Origin: Nanoarchaeum equitans Kin4-M
GTDB taxonomy: Archaea; Nanobdellota; Nanobdellia; Nanobdellales; Nanoarchaeaceae
Assembly: GCA_000008085.1 (NCBI GenBank)
Contig: AE017199.1
Location: 240,001 to 272,000 of the forward strand
Length of the DNA: 32,000 bases
Reading direction: 5' to 3'
Shown: piece after piece, positions 25,757-32,000 of the stretch
Layout: every line of letters begins with the position of its first letter
How positions within the stretch are numbered: the stretch's first letter is position 1
Made by a program: the position numbers and the translations under genes
Notes under the pieces: model-generated
What the model was told of the DNA's origin: nothing
The model's database searches: none
Seen by the model: the letters and a program-made list of their open reading frames with translations, nothing else

Positions 25757-26881
25757 TTAAAAATCGATGGGCTCTAAAAATAAAGACCTAATCGCTACTG
25801 TGGCGTAGGAACCCTTTTCTAGATAGAATTTAGTTAACCATTTTTGGTTTTTCTTTATTTTCAAATCATACATCTTTTGAAAGCCCTTTCTATAAGTGCC
25901 AACAACTTTTTTATTTTTTAGCATCTCAATAGTAATGCCTTCTTTATCTAATAAATAATCTATTATTTCTTTTATTTCGCCTTTGGCATTAACTTTATAC
26001 CCAATTAATGGAATCTCTATGTTTTCATAATAGTCTGCAAAATAGAATTCCAATAAATCTCTTATTTTGATTATTTTTGTTTTGTTTTTTAGATACATCT
26101 TAAGGGTTTCATTAAATATATAAGATTGGTACGAATGTATAAATAACATTAAAATCCATTTTGGGATAGCTTTGAACGCTTTACAATAGTCTTTTTTCTC
26201 AATAAAGGATTGCAAATAGGCTTTTTCTATATCTAGGGCTTTTGGCATTAATGGAATAACTTTCTTTAGCTTTTCTATATTATTCCAATATTCTTTTATT
26301 AATTGCCTAACTTTTATTGTTTTTTTACTTTCTTTTCCAACAAATGTTAATAAAATTTTAGCAGCTTCCTCGCATTCGTTTTTTATTAAATGTTTGCCTA
26401 TTAGATGGTTTACTAATCTTTTGTCTCCAAATCTTTGGACATCAAAATAGTTTGGAAAAACATCAAACCCCTTTGGGGATTCTGCATAAACTTTTATTTC
26501 AAAATAATTCCCTAAATGGGAACCCAATTTTACTGGTTTATCGCTAAGCCCTATATAGTATAATTCTAAATTATCTAAAAACATAGATTTTTTGGGCCCT
26601 TTATATATAGAAATCAATTGATAAGTTATAGCTTTTTTGTCCTTTTCCCCAGAAAAGGATATTCTATATTTAGACAAACGAAATTGTTTTGCTATTATCT
26701 TTATTGCTTGAGTTGTTGATAAATTTTTCTTTTTCAAAACATAAATAGTATAATCCCCAGGAATTCCATTATCTTTTATTCCCATAAATTTGAATTGATC
26801 ATAATATTTCGATGGTTCCGCTATAGAAAAATTAGTTTTTTCAATAACAACAAAATCCTCAGGCTTTTCCTTAATTCGCAT
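25757..26881 (-). CDS. truD: tRNA pseudouridine synthase D (TruD/Pus7-like)
   Basis: 374 aa: 'RIKEKPEDFVVIEK', 'GEKDKKAITYQLISI', 'LGSHLGNYFEIKV', 'NYFDVQRFGDKRLVNHLIGKHLI'. Confidence 0.94.
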   Translation of the reverse strand: MRIKEKPEDFVVIEKTNFSIAEPSKYYDQFKFMGIKDNGIPGDYTIYVLKKKNLSTTQAIKIIAKQFRLSKYRISFSGEKDKKAITYQLISIYKGPKKSMFLDNLELYYIGLSDKPVKLGSHLGNYFEIKVYAESPKGFDVFPNYFDVQRFGDKRLVNHLIGKHLIKNECEEAAKILLTFVGKESKKTIKVRQLIKEYWNNIEKLKKVIPLMPKALDIEKAYLQSFIEKKDYCKAFKAIPKWILMLFIHSYQSYIFNETLKMYLKNKTKIIKIRDLLEFYFADYYENIEIPLIGYKVNAKGEIKEIIDYLLDKEGITIEMLKNKKVVGTYRKGFQKMYDLKIKKNQKWLTKFYLEKGSYATVAIRSLFLEPIDF

Positions 26882-26890
26882 TAAAAGAAT

Positions 26891-27076
26891 TTAGGGCAAA
26901 TAGACATACCCATTAGAACTTCTAACCTTGCCTCTCTTTATCATCTTTGTTAGGATTGCTTTTACTATTCTTTCTTCTTTTCCTGTTTCCTTAGCTACTT
27001 CCTTTACTAGCTCGTCTTTTAACATTTTGCCTCTCTCCTTTAGGATTTCTAAAATTTTTTCGCTAATCCTTGTCAT
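26891..27076 (-). CDS. Small winged-helix-like protein
   Basis: 61 aa: 'ISEKILEILKERGKMLKDELVKEVAKETGKEERIVKAILTKMIKRGKVRSSNGYVYL', wHTH-like pattern. Confidence 0.65.
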   Translation of the reverse strand: MTRISEKILEILKERGKMLKDELVKEVAKETGKEERIVKAILTKMIKRGKVRSSNGYVYLP

Positions 27077-27115
27077 AATTAATATAATAGTTTCTCTTTA
27101 AAAGTATTAATTGTC

Positions 27116-28246
27116 TTAAAAGAGTTTTTCTCCATAAACAAAGGCATTATACTCGGGGTTAAATATATAAGCTGTAATGTCTTTTATTCTAAATCCCACA
27201 TCATAATTATTAAGTTTGGCAAACCCATTAGCGTTTTTAACTAAGTACTTCGCTAGGAAATAAGCATTTGTTATTTTATTGTTTAGTTTTATTTGATTTA
27301 ACCCGAAGGTTGGTTTTTCTACCAAATCCACATCTAAAAATTGGACCGAATTCCCAATAACTATAGTTGGTTTGTTAAAATCTATGTTAAAATATTTTTT
27401 CTCAATGGGGGGAAAAGAGCTAACTATTATTTTATCGAATTCGTCTAAATCTATTTTATTTATTTGTTTATAATTAATGATTGTGCCTTTGGTTTGGTAA
27501 TATATAGGCATAACATATTCGTAGAAAGACAAAATATTGTCTGTCATATCTATTATTAGGGTTTTGTTTCCTTCCAATTTTAGATCTTTTTTGGGGCAAT
27601 GCTTTTTATATTGCTCAATATGATAATCCTCTATAACAATATCTGCAGTGTATTCATCGATAACTTTTATTTTATATCGGTCTATAACAATTTTCCCTTT
27701 AAAATATGGTTGGTATAGAACTAAGCTTTCATATTCTCCGCCCTCGCCAACTAAATTAATATACTGGGCTTTTTCTATTACTTCGAAAAGGTTTTTACCG
27801 ACCCATTCTTTTTTTAGTCCATAAGAAGAAACCCTGCTAATGATTATTTCAAAGCATCTCTCTTTTAATTGGTTTAAGTATAATTTATATGGAGTTAACC
27901 AAGAGGGGCTATGTACATATATATTTAATTCATAAGCTATTTTATTTATATTGCCTGCTTGGTATGCAGAAGCGATAGCCCCTGTAATAATGGCTTTGGG
28001 CTTTTCCATCTCTAGTATTTCTTTTAATTTAGAGAACTTCTCTTCCTCTTTTACGAAATATAAGTCTAATGGTAAATCTAATAGCTCTGCTTGAGTTTTG
28101 GTTATCTCTATGGCTGGGTAATGATACATAGAGCTAAAAGCATTATCTGGTTTGATGGATATGAGTTTTCTAATTTTATAACCATGGTCTAAAGCTTTAA
28201 CTAAAGCATAATTAGAATCTTTACCCCCGCTATACAATACAATCAT
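27116..28246 (-). CDS. dph6: Diphthine--ammonia ligase (Dph6-like) with long C-terminal extension
   Basis: PP-loop 'VLYSGGKDSNYALVKAL', 'ITGAIASAYQAGNINKIAYELNI', 'GEGGEYESLVL'; about 150 extra C-terminal residues. Confidence 0.88.
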   Translation of the reverse strand: MIVLYSGGKDSNYALVKALDHGYKIRKLISIKPDNAFSSMYHYPAIEITKTQAELLDLPLDLYFVKEEEKFSKLKEILEMEKPKAIITGAIASAYQAGNINKIAYELNIYVHSPSWLTPYKLYLNQLKERCFEIIISRVSSYGLKKEWVGKNLFEVIEKAQYINLVGEGGEYESLVLYQPYFKGKIVIDRYKIKVIDEYTADIVIEDYHIEQYKKHCPKKDLKLEGNKTLIIDMTDNILSFYEYVMPIYYQTKGTIINYKQINKIDLDEFDKIIVSSFPPIEKKYFNIDFNKPTIVIGNSVQFLDVDLVEKPTFGLNQIKLNNKITNAYFLAKYLVKNANGFAKLNNYDVGFRIKDITAYIFNPEYNAFVYGEKLF

Positions 28247-29115
28247 TTAGGTTTTTTTAGAACACAATAAAAAAATGGTTCAAACCCATAATGTATATGG
28301 GGATATATCCTTTTGCAATATTGCATTTCTTTTGGAAATTCATGGTTTTCAAAACTTGTTAATGCTGGCTCTCCAAATAGGTTGGCATTAACTATCTTAA
28401 ACCCTAAAGAGAGAGCATATTCTATTACGAATTCATTTTCCAGGGGCTCTAATGTGCATGTGGAATAAACTAAAATACCATTTGGTTTTAACATTTCATA
28501 GGCCTTTTTTATTAATTGTTTTTGTATAGTTTGTCTATTTATAAAATCCTCTATGGTTTTTGAAATGAAGGTTTTATCTATATAGGGATTGGCTGAACAA
28601 GGCGCATCTAATAAAATTTTTTTAAATTCCTCTTTAAATGGTAATTTTAAAGCATCTTCATTAATTATTACTGCTCTTACATTTAGCCTATCAAAAATAA
28701 ATCGCATCTTTTTAGCCCTAAAAGGGTCTTTCTCTACACTATACAAAATAGATTGATTGTTAGTTAATTGTTGTATTAAAGAGGATTTTCCCCCGGGAGC
28801 GGCAGCCATATCTAATATAATATCTTTTTTTCTTGGAGACAAAGCGAAAACTGGCAAAGCTGAAGAGGGATTTTGGATATATATTAGACCTAAAATGTAT
28901 TCGGGTAATGCTTGTAAATGAAATGGGGCTTTTTTTATTTTATAGAAATATTTTAATGGCGTACTCTCTAACTCGAAACCTCTATTTTCTAGCATTTTTA
29001 CTATAAATTCTTCATCTCCCCTTAGAGTGTTAACCCTAATAAATAAGGGCCTCTTTTGGTTTAATAGTCTAAGAAAATCATTATATTTAGGAATAAACTT
29101 ATAGCGGTCGAGCAT
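28243..29115 (-). CDS. RNA m5C methyltransferase, NOL1/NOP2/Sun family
   Basis: 290 aa: 'QNPSSALPVFALSPRKKDIILDMAAAPGGKSSLIQQL', 'LLDAPCSAN', 'STCTLEPLENE' (both catalytic Cys motifs). Confidence 0.93.
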   Translation of the reverse strand: MLDRYKFIPKYNDFLRLLNQKRPLFIRVNTLRGDEEFIVKMLENRGFELESTPLKYFYKIKKAPFHLQALPEYILGLIYIQNPSSALPVFALSPRKKDIILDMAAAPGGKSSLIQQLTNNQSILYSVEKDPFRAKKMRFIFDRLNVRAVIINEDALKLPFKEEFKKILLDAPCSANPYIDKTFISKTIEDFINRQTIQKQLIKKAYEMLKPNGILVYSTCTLEPLENEFVIEYALSLGFKIVNANLFGEPALTSFENHEFPKEMQYCKRIYPHIHYGFEPFFYCVLKKPK

Positions 29116-29149
29116 TAATGCTTATAAATAAAGGTTTAAAAAAGCGTGA

Positions 29150-29401
29150 ATGAAAGATAGAATTATCTATAGAAGAACCCCTGGAGGAAGGGTTACTGTT
29201 TTATATAAAAGAAGGAAACCTTCCCCAGCAAAATGTGCTATATGTGGGAGACCATTACAAGGAGTAGTAAGAGAACCAGCTTATTGGTTAAAAAGTGAAC
29301 CAAAGCAAAGAAAAAAAGTATCTAGAAAATTTGGGGGTTATTTGTGCCACGAATGTGCTAGAAGAGTTATAGCGAGAATGGCAAGAAATTTTGAACTATA
29401 A
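29150..29401 (+). CDS. rpl34e: 50S ribosomal protein L34e
   Basis: 83 aa: 'YRRTPGGRVTVLYKRRKPSPAKCAICGRPLQGV...FGGYLCHECARRVIARMAR'. Confidence 0.93.
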   Translation: MKDRIIYRRTPGGRVTVLYKRRKPSPAKCAICGRPLQGVVREPAYWLKSEPKQRKKVSRKFGGYLCHECARRVIARMARNFEL

Positions 29402-29825
29402 AGCAAAAAACTATAGATAATACCATTAATATCACAACAATTAAGGATTTCCTTACTAATGTGTTTTTAATAAAGGAAGGCAATACATCTTTTGTAAAAG
29501 CCAAAAAGGACATTTCTCTTATTATAGGTATTTTGGATTGAACAAAAATTATAAACAAAGCTATTAGCGTTACTATATAAGAAGTAAGCAGTATAATAAA
29601 GGGAGGACAAAAACTAAAGTGTATTCCTTTATAAAACAAATAAAGTTTTGCCAATTTAACTATAAAGGAAACAATAAAAACCACGAAAGCCAAATAAAAC
29701 ATTAAATATATTTTCTTAAAAAGCTTAGGAAAATCAAAGATAGATTGCTTTCCTAAAACAATATCTATTATAAAAAATAAAAGCATTAGGAAAGAAGTGA
29801 AGAAAGTTATAACAAAGCTAATCAT
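29367..29825 (-). CDS. Hypothetical multi-pass membrane protein
   Basis: 152 aa with four to five hydrophobic helices; overlaps the end of L34e by 35 nt. Confidence 0.6.
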   Translation of the reverse strand: MISFVITFFTSFLMLLFFIIDIVLGKQSIFDFPKLFKKIYLMFYLAFVVFIVSFIVKLAKLYLFYKGIHFSFCPPFIILLTSYIVTLIALFIIFVQSKIPIIREMSFLAFTKDVLPSFIKNTLVRKSLIVVILMVLSIVFCFIVQNFLPFSL

Positions 29826-30507
29826 TTTTGTCCAAAGGCTCTAACTTTAAAAGATACACATAGTCTTTTTTGGCCAATTGAAATAATACTGATTTAGATA
29901 TACCTATTTTATATTTTAGCGCTTCCTCCAAAGGGACATATTTTATTTCTAATACTCTAAATTTGTGCGATACTTTCTTCTTTTTGTCGTAGAATTCAAT
30001 AATATCGTTAACTGCTAAGTTTTTGGGAATTTGATTTCTAACCTCGTATTCCTTTTCTCCTTTTAATAGTTTGTCTAACCATTTTTTCTTTATTGTTAGC
30101 CTATGTATCATAGGGAACAAATCACTTTTCTTAAAAGGTCTAAGTGTTATGGCTATTCTAGGGTTACCAATATAAACATCGGGGCTATTCTTTTGGGCAT
30201 ACCCTTTTAATAATAAAACTTCATGCTTAGGCATATATTTAATATCGCCATCCCAATAAACATAAAAATATTTGTATTTTGATTGGCTTATATTTTTAAT
30301 AAACTCTTCTTTCGTTTGCGATTTTTGGTCTTTGGTTACTATTAAAGTGTATTGCCCATTAGTGTAATAAATAAAATCGCCTACTCTTTCTATAGAGTTT
30401 TGGGCAAACTCTATAGCTTTTTTCCATAATTCTATAGGGTTTACATCCTTTTTCTTTAATAGCCTTTTCTTTATTTTTTCTTTAGCATGTTTAGTTAGCA
30501 GGAACAT
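29818..30507 (-). CDS. ASCH/PUA-like domain protein with N-terminal DUF4258-like region
   Basis: 229 aa: N-term 'LTKHAKEKIKKRLLKK...GDFIYYTNGQYTLIVTKD'; C-term 'TIKKKWLDKLLKGEKEYEVRNQIPKNLAVNDIIEFYD...VLEIKYVPLEEAL'. Confidence 0.6.
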   Translation of the reverse strand: MFLLTKHAKEKIKKRLLKKKDVNPIELWKKAIEFAQNSIERVGDFIYYTNGQYTLIVTKDQKSQTKEEFIKNISQSKYKYFYVYWDGDIKYMPKHEVLLLKGYAQKNSPDVYIGNPRIAITLRPFKKSDLFPMIHRLTIKKKWLDKLLKGEKEYEVRNQIPKNLAVNDIIEFYDKKKKVSHKFRVLEIKYVPLEEALKYKIGISKSVLFQLAKKDYVYLLKLEPLDKND

Positions 30508-32000
30508 TAATAATAGTATAAACCTTGGGCTTTTTGCTCTCTATCCAATCTAGAACCAGGTTCATTAATTCTTGGTCTACCATTTACTTTTCTAATTGTT
30601 ATACCCATGTTTTTCAAAAACAAGTTTAGCCCTTCTTTTATAGGTAAAGGTTTATTTGCTTTCCCATATTTCGATGGCTCTCCTTCAAAAACCATTATCG
30701 AATCGCTTATGTATTCCATAAACATTAGATCGTGGTCTATAACGAAAGCGGCCTTGCCTTTTTCTTTAATTATATTTCTTATTGCTCTAGCTATTCTAAC
30801 CCTTTCTTCTATATCTAAAAATGCTGTTGGCTCGTCAATTAAATACAAATCTGCTTCTTTGAGTAAAGCGGCAGCGGTTATAACTTTTTGTAATTCCCCT
30901 CCGCTTAATGTGGTTAAATCGTGGTCGAACAATTCATATAATTCTAAAGGCCTTATTAATAGAGAATCATAAAATTCGTTTCTATAATTGGGATTCATTT
31001 GTTCGAACAATTTTCTAACAGTAACTTCTTTAGGCTCTATATATTGAGGTTTGTAGCTAATGGTTATTTTTTTCTCTATGGGCTTAACATCAAAATCTCC
31101 TTTTAATGCTCTAATAAATGTGGTTTTTCCTATACCATTTGGGCCAACAATACCTATTATTTCTTTTTTGTATACCTCTCCTTTTTCCGCTTCTAATTTG
31201 AAATTGCCCAAATCTATTGTAAATGGTTTCCATTCTAAATATATGGTTTTGCCCCTTTCTTTTTCAGTGCCTTCTAAGAAATATAATTCGAAATCTCTAA
31301 TTCTTATATTTTCGCTTTTTAAATAGCCTTTAAGGTATTCATTTATAGCAGTATTATTACCTTTGGGTTGGCTAAATTTTCCATAAGCCGCTTTTTGACC
31401 ATAAGCTATATGTATTAACTCTACTATATAGTCCAATATAAGCAAATCATGATCTATAACGATTTTAGTTTTATTTAGGGCTTTTATTTTAAGAGCTACC
31501 CTAAGCCTTTCTCTAATGTCTAAGAAATTCGTTGGCTCATCAAAAATATATACATCGCCTTCTTTAGATAAAGAGGCATAAATCAATAGTTTTTGCAGTT
31601 CTCCCCCGCTAAGGTTTTCTATTTTTCTGTCTAATATTTTGTCTAAGCCGAATTCTTTCAATAACGGGTTATCCAATTTTATTAGCTCTCTAACGGTTTT
31701 ACCCTTAAAAACCTCTCTAAGTTTTTGTATTTCTTGTATTTTATGTATAACCTTTATTTGCCCTTTAGATAACAATTCAAAATAGTTTTGCAATTCTGTA
31801 CCTTTGAATTTTTCTATTATCTCTTCCCAGCTATATTCTTTATTATAATCGCCGAAATTTGGTTTTAGTTGCCCACTCAATATTTTTATAGCTGTAGTTT
31901 TTCCTATTCCATTGGGCCCTAAAATTCCTATAGATTTGCCCATCTTTACTATTGGCAAGGAAAACAACCTAAAAGAGTTAGGCCCATATTGAAATACGAC
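30507..32000 (-). CDS. rli1: ABCE1/Rli1 ribosome-recycling ATPase (partial, 5' end beyond window)
   Basis: Frame open past the track start to the window edge: VVFQYGPNSFRLFSLPIVKMGKSIGILGPNGIGKTT, matching the conserved 'YGxNxFKLHRLP' linker. Two ABC cassettes with 'NLSGGELQK' and 'TLSGGELQKV', C-term 'GRPRINEPGSRLDREQKAQGLYYY'. Confidence 0.96.
   Translation of the reverse strand, partial: VVFQYGPNSFRLFSLPIVKMGKSIGILGPNGIGKTTAIKILSGQLKPNFGDYNKEYSWEEIIEKFKGTELQNYFELLSKGQIKVIHKIQEIQKLREVFKGKTVRELIKLDNPLLKEFGLDKILDRKIENLSGGELQKLLIYASLSKEGDVYIFDEPTNFLDIRERLRVALKIKALNKTKIVIDHDLLILDYIVELIHIAYGQKAAYGKFSQPKGNNTAINEYLKGYLKSENIRIRDFELYFLEGTEKERGKTIYLEWKPFTIDLGNFKLEAEKGEVYKKEIIGIVGPNGIGKTTFIRALKGDFDVKPIEKKITISYKPQYIEPKEVTVRKLFEQMNPNYRNEFYDSLLIRPLELYELFDHDLTTLSGGELQKVITAAALLKEADLYLIDEPTAFLDIEERVRIARAIRNIIKEKGKAAFVIDHDLMFMEYISDSIMVFEGEPSKYGKANKPLPIKEGLNLFLKNMGITIRKVNGRPRINEPGSRLDREQKAQGLYYY

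Noticed and set aside
30607-31326. Plus-strand ORFs at 30607-30972 and 31060-31326
   Set aside because: Both are antisense to ABCE1; the minus-strand product has unambiguous ABC motifs.
1-32000. CRISPR arrays, transposases, integrases, prophage genes or defence islands
   Set aside because: No regularly spaced direct repeats, terminal inverted repeats or recognisable mobile or defence proteins were seen. Intergenic spaces are mostly below about 130 bp.

Overview
AT-rich, gene-dense archaeal chromosome segment. The information-processing proteins are archaeal (aIF2-gamma, TFB, MCM, Nop10, histone, L34e, S8, TruD, Dph6, ABCE1), and the compaction resembles a reduced DPANN/Nanoarchaeota-like genome. 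That taxonomy is inferred from gene style, not from a search. There are five intronless tRNAs (Thr-CGT, Ser-GGA, Asp-GTC, Ala-GGC, Arg-TCG) and a probable C/D-box sRNA. A large fraction of genes encode membrane-anchored or secreted proteins. I saw no CRISPR array, transposon or prophage. The main observations are: (1) all five tRNAs have a TATA-like box at a near-constant -19 to -29 from mature G1, the arrangement expected for leaderless, RNase P-independent tRNAs; (2) the tRNA-Ala 5' end overlaps the stop codon of the upstream same-strand CDS; (3) a 1390-aa protein looks like a catalytically degenerate subtilase fused to a very long beta-rich region and a C-terminal TM helix; (4) a T2SF/TadC-FlaJ pair is split into two ATGA-overlapping ORFs and sits with secreted proteins, while a single 606-aa homologue lies elsewhere; (5) there is an unannotated C/D sRNA candidate at about 8.2 kb; (6) a membrane-anchored Lon-like (S16) protease lacks an AAA domain. 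Two edge genes are mishandled by the ORF track: a secreted ORF at 1..1066, and ABCE1, which continues past 32000.
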